64,000 nucleotides of DNA from the NCBI GenBank assembly GCA_013265495.1, contig MU057781.1:746001-810000 (forward strand), read 5' to 3'. Origin of the DNA: Vicugna vicugna (Eukaryota). The notes beneath the pieces are model-generated. The model saw only the letters and a list, made by a program, of their open reading frames with translations. It had not been told where the DNA came from and searched no databases. The position numbers were made by a program, and so were the translations under genes. Position 1 is the stretch's first letter; each line of letters opens with the position of its first letter. Shown in pieces: positions 13,791 through 26,059 of this stretch.

Positions 13791-14714
13791 TGAGCTGCCC
13801 TGACGCTGTTCCGAATAAATGCTCGTCTGTGGCTTTGCCACCCTCAGACTGTCTTGGGGCCTCAGGGAGCTCCATCCTCAGAGAGAAGCCCTGAACAAAA
13901 GTTACCTCCAATGCATTCTCCTGTGACTTCTCAACTGGAAAGATGGGTGGTTAAATTTTTAAAATAAAATCAACTTATTTTTAGCAATTTAAAACACACA
14001 ACCAGATGGCTAGACTTGCAGAGCTGACATTTGTTACATAAAAAAGAACGACAGTGGGTCCCAAGTCCACTCCAGACCAGCCTCACCAGCCTCGGGAAGA
14101 GACTCGCACCAAGCCCTGTGCTGCCCAACGCCCCTCCCCCCGCAGTGGGACAGCCGGGCTGCAGCTGGGAACCCAGGGGGCCCGGGAGCGGAGGAGCAAG
14201 GCCCCTAGGACCACGTGCCTCCTCCTCAGCTTGGACCCAAATGCCCACCCCTCACCAGGGCCTCTGCACCCATTTACCACTGGTAAAGGACCCCAGGGTC
14301 TGCAGCCACCAGGCTGCTGGCCACTAAGGGCCCTGCAGTGTGGGGGAGGGGTATAAACGGCCATCAGCCCGGGTCTGGACCACAGAGAGCCAATGCCCTA
14401 GCCCTGGTGGCCCTTCTCCCCAGGAGGAAAGGGAAAGGCCCCTGAAAAGTCAAGTCCATGCTGGACAAAGACTCATCAACGGGGTAGACCGACTCTTTGG
14501 AACCACGGCCCTGTCAGCACTAACAGGTCAGCCCCCAGACTTCCCGTGCGCTCTCCTCTGCCCGCGAGCACACGAGCACCAGCACATGAAGTCGCCAGCG
14601 GGTCATTCTCCGCAGGTGACACACCAGACCATCCAGAAAGTCTGGGAAAATCAACCCCAAACCATGAGGACTAACAAGAGCCTCAGCAGAGTGGCCAGAC
14701 AGGTACTTGTGGTT

Positions 14715-15022
14715 TTTTCCTTCTTCTTCTTATATTTTTTTATTGAAGTATAGTCAGCTACAATGTGTCAGTTACAATGCGTACAGCACAGTGTCCCAGT
14801 CATGCTTATACATACAGACAGACAGACAGACAGACAGAAGTGGCGGTATACAACGTATATACCGTGGAATACTACTCAGCCATAAAAAGAATAAAATAAT
14901 GCCATTTGCAGCAACATGGATGGACCTGCAGATGATCATTCTAAGTGAAGTAAGCCAGAAAAAGAAAGAAAAATACCATATGATATCACTCATATGTGGA
15001 ATATTAAAAAAAAAAAGAAGAT
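14715..15022 (-). mobile_element. 5'-inverted (twin-primed) L1 insertion
   Basis: Antisense L1 3' terminus (T-tract, attgaagtatagtcagctacaatgtgtcag) is joined through (CAGA)n to a sense ORF2 C-terminus (IMPFAATWMDLQMIILSEVSQKKKEKYHMISLICGI). Confidence 0.8.
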
Positions 15023-15059
15023 AGATGTTTTTTAAAGTTGTTTTCCTTCACACCAGCCC

Positions 15060-15420
15060 TAACCAGTGTGGAACTGGATGGGTACAGAGAGATCTCGTTC
15101 ACAATTTGACCAAAACAGGCAGCACACATGCTTGGCCTCAGCAAGCGCAGGGCTCCCACGAGGAAGCCCGTCTCACTCTGTGTCCAGCGTGAGTCCAAAC
15201 TGAACGAAATCTGCAACATAAAAAGTAAAAGCACAGAAGCACTAGAAGAAGGCACGCACGGAGGTGTGTAAACTGGATGAGTACAGCCCGTGCTCGGTGC
15301 AACACGACACCAAGGCAGGAAACCGCCAGAATGGAAGACGGCGATGAATCTGACCACACAAGATTAAGCACATCCACACAGGAAAACGCTAGCCAATGGA
15401 AAGATAAATGACGCTCCGGG
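15060..15420 (+). mobile_element. Old L1M ORF2 fragment
   Basis: aacataaaaagtaaaagcacagaagcactagaagaa...gaatctgaccacacaagattaagc resembles the L1 ORF2 3' region. Confidence 0.5.
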
Positions 15421-18400
15421 GCGTGCCTTCATACACCGGGAGCCGTGAAAAGAAACGGGGCAGCAAACATCCCCACGGGAGGCTCAGCTCCACTTGGCGG
15501 GGGGAGCGGGCACTTCGGGAGGGAAGAACGCAAACACCCAGATGTGGAGAGAAAGAGATCGCCAGCCTCTTGGGACAGCAAAGAACCTCGAAGCGCTAAT
15601 GCCATCTTTCCCTTCCCGACCGTCAAAACCAGGCGTCCCCAGCACCCAGAGGCGCGAGGATGGAGGAAGGAGCCTTCGTGCGTTCTGAGAGCCGGCTACG
15701 GCGGCCTCCCTCTTCCTCCGGCCCCTCCTGCTGCTCACATGTATTCCTGTTTCAGGGTCGGCTGCCCGTCTCCTCGCCTCCCTCTCTGCCTGGGCACCCA
15801 CACGGCAGGCAGCAGCCACTGGGTCACCGCCATGTAACAAGCACCCAGGACAGTGCCGGCTCGTGCAGGGACCGGTCATCTCCAAGGGAGCGGCCAGACA
15901 CGGCACGCTACTCTACACGCACCCTCTCGTGACTCGGCCACGCCGCTCCCAGGAATTGATCCCAAGGCACCAACGTCAAGGGTGTTCACTGCTGAACTGT
16001 GGACGCCCTGGTGCCTGAGCTCCAGCGCCCCCCAGCCCCACCCCACTAAATTCAACCTGAATTTCTGGGAGCACCCAGGCATTTACAGTTCTTAAGGGCA
16101 TCCACAGAGTCTTGTTCACAGCCAGGGCTGAGGACCGCTCTTGCAAACTTAGCTAACACACGATGCCTTAGATCATGACACGGTCACTACGCACTGCTAA
16201 GTAAATAAGCAGGTTAACACAAAAGCATATGAAGAGCTCGATCGCTCTTCCGTATCAAAGACGCAAAGTGCGTCTCCATCTGGCTGACGTGTGACAGCGC
16301 TCCCAGGACAAGGCTGGGGAAGACGGAGACCGAAGAGGCCTCTCGGGGCTCAAGTTAGAGGGGCCTTGGTTTTCCTGTGTAGGACGATTTCAGGGAAGTA
16401 TAAACTGATTACAAATTTATATACTAGGATACTTCTATAATTAGAAAAAACAAAGGTTTTATAAATTTTGAACAAGGTTAAAAGAATCTGGTAGCCTCGT
16501 GCCCCACCTTACAGCCCACCCCACCCAGCACACGGCCAGCCCAGGTGCTCCGCAGCTGGCGAGGGCGCGCTGACTTCCAGATGGGGAACCTTCCCGGCAA
16601 TCAGGCGCTGCCCGCTAGTAAACTAATGTCACGTTAGGTCTGAGACCTACCAGACCGCCGAGGAGGGCAGGTGCGCCCCCACTCCCGTTAGCGGTCACCA
16701 AGCTGCGCTGTGGAAGGAGCTGGACCCCCGCTCAGCACCACTCAACCTCCTCGTTTCTCACAGGGACCCCGAGAGGAGAGGAGTGGGGGCCTGCCCAACC
16801 CCCACAGGGCTGGGGTGGGGCAGCGGAGGGCGAGCGAGCCCCCAGAAAGCCAGTCCTCCCACCGCCTGCTCCCAGAGTCCGAGAGGGGTGGGGTGGGAGG
16901 AGGTGTAAGGTCCAGGGAAGAGGGAAGGGAGCCCGTGGCTCTGGTGTGAGGAGGGGCACAGGGACTTTCAAACTTGCCCCCAACACCCGCCAAATAAGGA
17001 CAGCAGCTCAGACACCACAGGGTTAACAGGGACAGGGTCCTTCGAGATCCCACATGTCACGACTCTGCTTCGTAACTGGCAGCTACCTGGCACTCGGTTA
17101 AACTGCACTCTTGTTCTCCTTCTTCCTTTTCTCTGCATACCAAATCTGATAGATAAATTGGGTGTTTTAATCTAAAAAATTCATCAGAAGGTCTCACATC
17201 GCCATGGCAACCATGTAGTCCCAGCAAATGTGAGTCCTCAGCAGAGCACTCGCCTCTTTCAGCCCACGCGGCATGGGGCTGAGGAAGTCCTGGGACCCTG
17301 CCTCGGGTTGGGGGCGACTTCACACCCTGAAAGAAAGGTGAGGTGCAGTCTTTCCCCTCCCGAAAGATGGGCCTTCCTCCCTCCCAAACCTCACTCTTTC
17401 CGTCTAAATAAACCCACGGCTTTCAGGCTGAGAGCCGCACACCGTTCCCTCTGCAGGCACGCACTGTGACTCCTGAGCCATGTGTGCCCTGACGATGACC
17501 TGGGAACACGGAATCAAAGTGGAACCAAGTGGTCGCCCACCTGATAGCACTCAGGGCCATCGGGCCCAGGGCCTGGCTCCGCCTCCCACTCTCGTCAAAC
17601 AAAGCCAGTAAGTTCCATCCTGTGCTGGGTGTGGAGCCGTGGCCACCACGCCCAGGGATGACCAAGTGACTGATGGTCACCTGCCCTAAAGAGCATGCAC
17701 CTGTAGCCGAAGCCAGTTCCCCACTGCTCCCGAGCCCAGGACAGCTGGGACCTCTGCCGGCCTGCTACAGGCAAGTAGGGAGGGGCAGGTATTCGGTAGT
17801 TCCCAAGCTGGACTGGGCGCAGCAAACAGGTTCCGTGCTCTTTGTTCCTCTTTAATGGTCCTTGAATTCTGAGGCACAACACTGTAAACACGTAGGAAAA
17901 TTCTGCCTGAAAAAGCTGAAGGCAGCCATGTGCTGCATCAGTGTCCCCGTCTACGTTACCTGCCTCGGCGAGCACGATGCTAAGACAGGAAAGACAGGCC
18001 AGCTCTCGGCCAACAGCGGCCAGCACTGAAACCAGATGTGTCTCTCAGGTTTCCTCATCCCGCAGCCAAAGGCAGGATGCAAACCTGCTTCCTGACGGGC
18101 TCCTAATTCACTCTGGGCTTTCTTGACTTCGCACGTCCACGTGGAAAAGAGGGACACTCACAGCAGTGCCCGTGTCCCAAAGCTCAGAACACAACGACAG
18201 GCCGCCCCGGAGCAGTGTGCGGGTGTGTCTGGTCCTGAACGCCCCTCCGCCGAGTCCAGGGACCCACTCCCTCATCGGAGCCCAGGCTCCCTGGGCAGCA
18301 CGGAGCCCAGGTTCCAAGTGCCCTCCGAGATGACTGCCTACACGGCCTGCACATTCTCTGACACTGGCCTGAAATCGCATTATTGTAATTTCCCATAATG

Positions 18401-19049
18401 CTTAAATTATTTATCAGAAATAAATAGCTTGGGCTCTTTTGCTGAGCTGTGCTCTAAAATTATAAAAAGAGCCATCAGACCTCCGCAGACTGTCTACAAA
18501 TGAAAAAAAAATGGATATTTCAACTATTTTACGAAAATGTCAAAAAACATCAAAGGTGTCATCTCATAGCATTTAAATTCTCTGCATGACATCTGTAGAG
18601 AAGAGCTGTCTGCCCGAGACGTATCCCAGTGCCCAGCGGCGGACACTGGGTGGCCACCGGCCCAGAGGGTGCTAAGCCATAAGTCCCGGGGCCGCAGGGC
18701 TCCGGAGGTGTGCCTGCAGGCCTGCAACCTGCCGCCTGCTTTCCACCGGCGCCCAACTCCGGGTCACCGGCTTTCCCTGCAGGAGGACCTGAGGGCAAAC
18801 GAGTTCCCCAAAGGGCAGGTCTTTGCACAAAGGGAAGCGTCCACCGCACATCTGGGTGCAAAGGCTGGGCATGCAGGCAGCCGTGCAGCACCGTCACCCT
18901 CAACGCGCACTGAGAGCTCCAAGGGCCGGGCCCCGCGCCACCTGTGGGGCAGGCATCTCCCTCCGAAATCGAGGCACATCACAGGTCAGAGTAACAGCCA
19001 ACCCTCACACCGCGCATAAAAGCAAATTGGAAACACATCGACAAGCCTG

Positions 19050-20600
19050 AGCCACCCCGACCGCAAATCCTCACCCTTCAGGGCCAGCCTGCCTGCTCCG
19101 CCCCCAGCGCCCCACTGGACACGGAGGATGCAGGCTGGCGCCCCGCGAGCGCGTGGGCACAGCAGGCACCGTCCGCGAGTTTCCTGGGAAACCGAGACAC
19201 CCGGGGACGCCGTCCCACTGGGGGGGGGGGCCGTGGTGTCCAGACCACCGGAAACCCTGCGGCGGCGGTCCCCCAGCGAGAGCGCGCGGGGTTCCCAGGC
19301 CGCGCGCGGGTCCCCACGTTGACCTCGCGAGCAGCCGTTCTCACCGTCCTCCTTGTCGTCAAACACCGGCCTCCGCGCGGTGGCCGCCGACATGGACGAG
19401 CCCATCCTTTTCTTCCACTTGCTCCACTGAAACAGGGGGCGCGGCTGCGCGCGGACATCGCCTGAGTCCCGGGCCCGGGGCTGGCCGGCGGCGGGCGGCG
19501 GCGGGGCCAGGGGCGCGTCGGGGCCGGCAGGGCGCGCGCGGCCGGGGGGGGGGGAGCCGGGGGGCGCCGCGGCGCTACTGCCCCTGCGCTCGGCGCCGCT
19601 CCTCATGGCCAGGTCGGGGTGTGTGCCGCGGCTGGTGTCCCGGGCATGGCCTGCCCGCCGAGCGGGGAGCGGGAACTCCGGGAGAGACCGGCAGCGCCCG
19701 CCTTGCGCCCCTGGCTCTGCGCTCGCGGGTCCTGGCCGCCCGGCCGGCTCCGCCGACTGCGAGCGCGCGGGGGCGGGGCCGGCGGGAAGGAGCCGGGGCG
19801 GAGCGAGCGCTGGGGGCGGAGACGGGGCGGGCCGGAGCGGGGTGCGGCGAGCGGTACCCGGTACCCGCCGGCCACCTCCCATGCAGCGCACACCGACGCG
19901 GCGGCAGAGACATGAGCGAAGAAGCGGGGTCCTTTGGCCACTGTGAACTAAGCTGACCCAAGGAGCCCTGCCGCCCGGCCTGGGGGACCTTAAACTTCAT
20001 CCTGCGGCTCTGCGCTTCCCGAGGCCGCGCGCAGGACCCGGGATGCGGTGGCGGGAAACGGCCGCGCGAGGGCCTAGGCCGGTCGGCGTCAGGACGCGCA
20101 GCCCGCGGCCCAGGGTCTGGCGCCAGTCCCTCCCAGCTGCCGCGCCGGGGACAGGGAGAGAGGAGGCGGGGAGGGGGTGAGCCGGGTGCGAGAGCCCCTC
20201 CCGCGCGGCCGGCTCAGACCCTGGCTGCAAGCAAGCGCGCGCGCACGCGCACGGGCGCGCATGGGGTCGCGGCGACGCGGAGCACACGTCCTGCGCTCTC
20301 GGAGTCCCCTTCGTTGGGTCCCGTGTCCAGCTCTCAGAGCTGCCGGCCAGGCACCGGTCCCGGGCGGAAGCCCCTGGCGCAGGTCCGTGACTCAAGCCCG
20401 CCCGGGGATGGTGTACTGCGTCTGCGGGGGAGGGGAGGCAGCGAGGCGCGGTTTGACCTCGATGCGTCCCCCCCACTACCCGGTCCATTTGGCCAGGAGA
20501 GACCTCGCCAGTAAGGCCCTCTGCACAGCCCACGCCCCAGCAGACGACTCTCCTGTCACCTGCTCCCCGCGCCTAGGACTGAAGCGTCGTTTTTGTTATG
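19050..20600. promoter_or_regulatory. CpG island / STK32C promoter
   Basis: Very high GC and CpG density, several GGGCGG GC boxes (~19770-19845), and an NRF1-like GCGCGCACGCGCAC run (~20235-20260), overlapping exon 1. Confidence 0.9.
19345..19606 (-). CDS. STK32C: STK32C (YANK3 serine/threonine kinase) first coding exon, 262 nt, phase-1 end
   Basis: Translates MRSGAERRGSSAAAPPGSPPPGRARPAGPDAPLAPPPPAAGQPRARDSGDVRAQPRPLFQWSKWKKRMGSSMSAATARRPVFDDKED, near-identical to the recalled human STK32C N-terminus. Ends at donor GACG|GTGAGA (19345/19344). Lies in a CpG island. Confidence 0.96.
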
Positions 20601-20879
20601 GGTTGCTTTACTCTGACTCTTCGGAGGCCTTTGCCTCCTTGGTAGCCAGGCCGTAGAGATGGCGGTTCCTTCCTGCCCTAGGAAGCCCTGGAAGGGCCTC
20701 CTGCTGCCCCAGTGAGGACGTACCACCCACCTGGCTTACAGGCTGAGTCTCAGACCCTGCGGGTCTCTCCCCGCCGCTATCCTTCAGACCCCTGGGCCCT
20801 GTACTTCCCTCACCATCCCTCACTGACTCAGCTTCCAGCCCAGCTGTGGTGCTCTGTCTTGGCTCTTCCCACTTCAGTC

Positions 20880-21160
20880 TCCTGCCATAGTAGGACTACA
20901 CTTGTCCTCGGCCCCACCTCTGAAACTCAGTGTGGCCCACCTCACCAAGGAAATGTGAGCAGAGGTGATTTGTGTCGTTTCTGGGCCACACTTTAGGGGC
21001 CGGGGTCCCAACCAGCCATCCATGCCTCTGGCTAAGAGTCCTGATCACTTGGGGCCCACCTGTGATCAGCTGCGGACTCACAAAACCAGGGAGAGGTCAG
21101 GCACTGTGCTAAGTCATTGAGATTTGGGGGTCACATTCCCCGCAGCACGACCTGGCCGTC
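20880..21160 (+). mobile_element. MLT1 (MaLR) LTR remnant
   Basis: ggaaatgtgagcagaggtgatttgtgtcgtttctgggcc and tgtgctaagtcattgagatttgggggt. Confidence 0.55.
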
Positions 21161-22604
21161 CAGCGCAGGTCTCCCTGCCTGGCTGACACCTGCATCCAGT
21201 CTTGACTTAAGCTCCACGAGGCAAGTTCCCTGGGCTCCAGGCTCCCAGACTGGCCTCAGCCTCCTTCGATAGAGCTGCCACAGCTCTCTACATGTGGCTC
21301 CCTCGCACTTTCCCAGGCGGCATATTGCCGGCACGCAGCTCAGCGCTTGCACAGAGAAGATGCTCTGTAGACTTCGGTCCGGTGCAGCAGTGAGGGCAGG
21401 AATGTTTCTGAGCGGGGGAGCTCTGAGTGGGGCACAGGCCCAGGCAGGCTGGAGCAGGGGCGCGGAGTGTGGACAGGAGTCACAGCAGGTCGGCAGCCCC
21501 CTCACCCGGGGGCTGACCAGGCTGCCACACCCCACTGGGGGCCGCTGTGACGTTCTAGAGGCCTGGAAGGGCCTTAGCCTGTGAACAGAGAGGGGGAATG
21601 AAGCCAACAGAGCATCCCTGGGCCCGGGGTGCCCACCTTGACCAGGAACATAGCGGGGTGAGGACAGGGACCTCTCCGTCCTGTTCCAGTGACGGGAGAT
21701 AAACTTGTCCACAACACCCCGCGCGCAGGAGCACCTACACAGGATGGTGGCAGTGTGTGATCACAGGACCACCGCAGCTGGGGTGGTCAGCAGGGGTCCG
21801 AGCAGGGGACCTTGTGAAGGCCTGGGGCCCAGGAGCTGCTAGGACACTGTCCCCGACCGAAACGAGCTAATGTGCGAGGACAGAATATGGCTCGTGTCTG
21901 GGGGACAGCGAGTGCCCACTGAGGGCTGTGCAGAACAGCCGGGGTCTGACTTCTGGTCGAGGCTCAGCCCCTGAAACCCAAGCACAAATATGCACCGGCC
22001 TCTAATTCGTCCCCAAAGCTGTGCTTCCGGAGAGGGTGTGATTGCCAGGTAACAGCACACAGCAGAGTCTCCAGCTCTCTGTGTACCTTGTGTGAAACCG
22101 TCATTCTGAAATTAACACTGTGGGCTTCCCACGCTGCATGCACCTTTGTAAATAGTCCTTTTATGAAACTCCACTCAGATTTCCAATTTTAATGTGCTGC
22201 TTCCTGCTGGGAAACAGCAGAACCGGCCCCAGGAAGCAAGCTCAAGTGGGATTCCAGTCCTGGGTGGCTCACCTGTATGGGGAATCCCTGAGCCCCTTTC
22301 CTGGCAGGAAATGGGAAACCAGGGCATCCCCGGCTGTGGTGCCATCAGACGTAGCCCTGGTGGGATGTGGGACAAAGTACGTGTGGAAGGAGGGACACAG
22401 GAAAGCAACTGCTGGGTTGCCAGGTGACAGGACTGATTCTCCAGGTCATGGGGCCGCCTGGCTCCCTCTGATGAGTCCAGAGAGCACAGACAGGCAGGGG
22501 GAAATGCGCAGTGGGGAACGGGAGCCCATGGCTGCTTGACCTCTGCTGTGACAGCTGCGGGGCTGAAGCCCAAACACCCCGCTGAGCTCCGTCAGACTCC
22601 TCGT

Positions 22605-24350
22605 GCGTCAGTGCCCGGGGCTGCTGTGCCCGAGAGCCAGGATGTGTGCGCGAAAACAGCAGACCCTATTCTGGAGGCCAGAAGTCTGCAGTCACGGTGT
22701 CAGCGGGGGCAGTTCCTTCTGGAGGTCCTGAGACCTCTCCCCCAGCTCCCGGCGGCCCCTGGCGGCTCCTGGGAGCCCTTGGCATTGCTGGCTCCAAGCT
22801 CTGCCTCTGTCATCACGTTGCCTTTTCCTCTCTGTGTGTGGTTTCCCCTGTTCTTCCCTTGCAAGGACATTTGTCAGAGGATTTAGGGCTCACCTTAATG
22901 AGGATGACATCTTCCTAAGAGCCTTAACTTACTTCCATCTGCAAAGACCCTCTTTCCAAATGAGGTCACGTTCACAGATTCTGGGTGGACGTATCTTTCG
23001 GGGGGCCACCACTAAGCCCACTACAATCCACCCTTTGGTCCCCCAAAATCTAACCCCAGCTCATGCACAGAATACATTCACCCCATCCCAGCATCCCACA
23101 AAAGCCTCACAATTGGAGCATCAACTCTAAGCCCAAAATCTCATCTAAATATTATCAGCTCAAACGTTCCAAGTCTTCTCATCTAAATCAGGTATGGGTG
23201 AGACTCAGCATGACCCACCCTGAGGCAAAACTCCTCTCCATCTGTGGACCTGTGGAACTAGAACACAAGTTACCAGCCTCCAGAGCACAATGGTGGGACA
23301 AACGTAGCACAGTCATTTCCATTCCAAAAGGGAGCCGCTGGAAGGAACACAGGAGTTACCAGTTCCCAGTAAGTTCAAATCCAGCCAGGAAAACTCCGTG
23401 CAGTTTCCAGGCTGAGAAGGATTCTCTGTGGTTTGATGCTCTGCCTTCTGGGCCCACAGGGGTCCCTCCAGCCTCTGCTCTACCCTCAGGGTCAGACTTC
23501 CTTCTTCCTTGAAGGGGAGCGCGGAGTTCCAGCTGAGTTGCTCCATCAGCTCACTTCCTGCTTCCAGAATTGTGGACGTCTAACAGCCCTCCTTCACTTA
23601 GACCTGGATCTGTTCCTCTCCGTCCAAGCGAGCACTGTTTCTGCTGATACAACATCCTCAAAAGCCTTGTGAGTCCCCGCGTATGTCACAGGGGTCACTG
23701 AACAAGAGGGCCTCTGCAGGTCTTTCCTGGGTAACCCGGGCTCCGTTCCTGGCTTCTGCTCAGACAGCTGAGAGCACTGGCGAGTCACACATCTAGTCTC
23801 TTCAGCAAAAGGTGGTCCAGCCACACCCTTGACCCGCTACTTGGAACGTGCTCTTCCCACAGCAAATCTCCTAATTTTAATATCCTTTGCAATCTGGATA
23901 GGCCAAGAATCTCCCAAATCTTTAAATGCTACTTCATCTCCACTTCACAGATCCTTCTTAATTTATCTCTTTCCTCTGACATTTTACTGTAAGCAGCAAG
24001 AAGAAACCAGCCCACACCTTTAACACTTAGCTTGTAAGTCTCCTCAGCCAGATATCCAAGCTCATCGCTGACAAATTTTGCACTCCACTAGACATTGGAG
24101 CACAATTTAGTCAAGTTTTCTGCCACTTTATAGCACGATTCACTTTTCCTCCAGTGTCCAACAGCTCCTTCCTCATTTCATCTGAGATCTGACCAGAAGC
24201 ACCTCTAACGCTCACATTTCTAGGAACACTGTGTTCACGATGGCATGTATGTTCTCTAAGACGACAGCTTTTTCTGCCCTGCTTTTTATTTCCCTCTGAG
24301 CGTTCACCAGAAAAACCTTTATGGTCCAACTTTTTACCAATCGTCTCTTC
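22605..24350 (-). mobile_element. MLT1 LTR (~22605-23025) plus MLT1 internal sequence
   Basis: ggaggccagaagtctg...catctgcaaagaccctctttccaaatgaggtcacgttcacag...cccactaca, followed by MaLR-internal-like atccaccctttggtcccccaaaat. Confidence 0.8.
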
Positions 24351-24359
24351 AAGGCATTT

Positions 24360-24530
24360 CAATTGATTAGGTGAGACCAACCCAGATTGCAGAGGGTAAT
24401 CTCCTTCATGTAAACTCAACTGATTGCAGATATTAACACATCTACAAAACACATGCAAAGCAACACCTAGATTAGTATTTGATTAAATAACTCCTGGCTA
24501 AGTTGACACATAAAACTAACCATTACCCCT
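24360..24530 (-). mobile_element. MLT2 LTR 5' part
   Basis: gggtaatctccttcatgtaaactcaactgattg...ctaagttgacacataaaactaaccattac. Confidence 0.75.
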
Positions 24531-24799
24531 GTGTTAGAGTCAAACATGTGTGGGGCAGAAGGGGCACCTTGAGAGTCAGATGGAGACCTCTGGGCAGACA
24601 CGATGAGGTAGAGAACCTTAATGCCGAGTCTCCCTGAGCCTCCTTTGCTGGCAGAAGCAGCCCTTCTCCCCTTGGAGGAATAAGCTTTCCTGTGCACAGA
24701 GAAGCCTCTGAGTGACTGTACCTGGAGCAGGTGCCTCCCAAGCTGATGCCAGTTCTTTTCAAGACCCACCCTTAACACCCCCGTGCCTGCAGGCTCATC

Positions 24800-25125
24800 A
24801 GATATTGAGATGACAACAGAGCCAGGATGCACAAGTGCAGAGACTGCTCTGGTAGGAGACGGCCTTTATGCAAAAGGAGCTACAAAACCTCACTTGTCTG
24901 TATCCAAGAGCAAGCAAGGAAGTGGAGTTGAGACTTGTTGCTCCAGGGAAGAGGAAATAAGGCTTGACAGGACCAAATCTACCGACCCGGGTGCATGCAC
25001 CAGGATTTCATAGGTTGATCCGAGCGCCTGGAGGTGGCATTAATCACCACCCAGGTTGGTAAGGGAGGGCTGACTCAGTGGTAGGTGGCACTTAAGAGAT
25101 TGAAACGCCAGAATTTCCCTGGCAT
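24800..25125 (+). mobile_element. ERVL internal (gag-like) remnant
   Basis: ggaaataaggcttgacaggaccaaatctaccgacccgggtgca resembles the ERVL gag motif NIKLDQAEFIDMG. Confidence 0.5.
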
Positions 25126-25134
25126 ACTGCAGCT

Positions 25135-25230
25135 TTGCTTCTCGACACGCAGCACACAGGCCGCTGCAGCGGCCCCTTGGAACGGTTAGAGATGCAGAAT
25201 CTTGGGCCTACCCCAGACCTGCTGAGTCAG
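25135..25230. mobile_element. MER5A-like remnant
   Basis: gttagagatgcagaatcttgggcctaccccagacctgctgagtcaga. Confidence 0.7.
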
Positions 25231-25239
25231 ATAAGTATT

Positions 25240-26055
25240 TTTAACATAGAATTCTGTACCAAGGGAGAATATTCTTCAAAAATAAAGGCATGGGGAGGGT
25301 ATAGCTCAGTAGGCCTGGCACGCACGAGGCCCTGGGTTCAATCCCAGGACCTCCATTAAAACAAACAAGTGAGTAAGTAACCCTAATTACCTCTCCCCCA
25401 AAAAACAGACAAACAAAGATAAAGGTAAAGAAGCACATTTTTAGGTAAACAAAAATACTGAGAGAATTTGTCACCAGCAGACCAGCACCATAAGAAATGG
25501 AAAAAGAAGTTCTTTGAGATAAATAAAAATCACACTATTGGAAACTTGCATCTACATAGAGGAACGAAGAGTACCCAAAAATGTCAAGCAGGTAACTAGA
25601 AAATGCTTTTACTTTCCATAAATTTTAAATCTTTAACAGACAATTGACCGCTCAAAGTAAAAGTCATCACACCGTAGACCAAGTCTGTAATACGTACAGA
25701 AGTGAATATACAACAGTAGCGCAAACAAAGGCCAAGAAGTTACAAAGCTCCTTCTGCTGTGTTGGAAACGGTGTCATGTCAGGCCGAGGACGGCTGCTAA
25801 GTCAAGCATGCATATTATAATCCAGAGCAATCACTTTAAAAAGTGATGAGCTAAAAACCCAACGGAAAAGGTAAACAGAGTAAGAGAAACACTCATTTTA
25901 TCCAAAAGAATAACAGGAGACCTTAAAAAATAAAAAACAGATGGGACAAATAAACAGCAGGGCAAGAGTGGCAGACTTAACACAGCCACGTCAACAGCTA
26001 GTCAGCGCCCCTGGACTAATAACTTCAATGAAAAGGTAGAAACGCCCAGACTGTT
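25240..26055 (+). mobile_element. L1M ORF1 C-terminus / inter-ORF region
   Basis: agaattctgtacc...ttcttcaaaaataaaggc...ctgagagaatttgtcaccagcagaccagca (RILYP..FKN.G...LREFVTSRPA-like). Confidence 0.75.
25292..25414 (+). mobile_element. tRNA-derived SINE (camelid Vic-1-like)
   Basis: ggggagggtatagctcagt (A box)...ctgggttcaatccc (B box)...ctaattacctctccccca plus A-rich tail. TSD-like aaaaataaaggca (25278-25290) / aaagataaaggta (25415-25427). Confidence 0.85.
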
Positions 26056-26059
26056 CTTG

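Larger units (their letters stand above)
1..19344 (-). other. STK32C: STK32C intron 1 (continues beyond window start)
   Basis: Downstream of the exon-1 donor. No exon encoding VNFDHFQILRAIGKGSFGK was seen; the region is repeat-rich. Confidence 0.85.

Noticed and set aside
25292..25365. Possible tRNA gene
   Set aside because: Has an internal deletion, SINE body/tail and TSD, so it is a tRNA-derived SINE. The same applies to 41410-41496.
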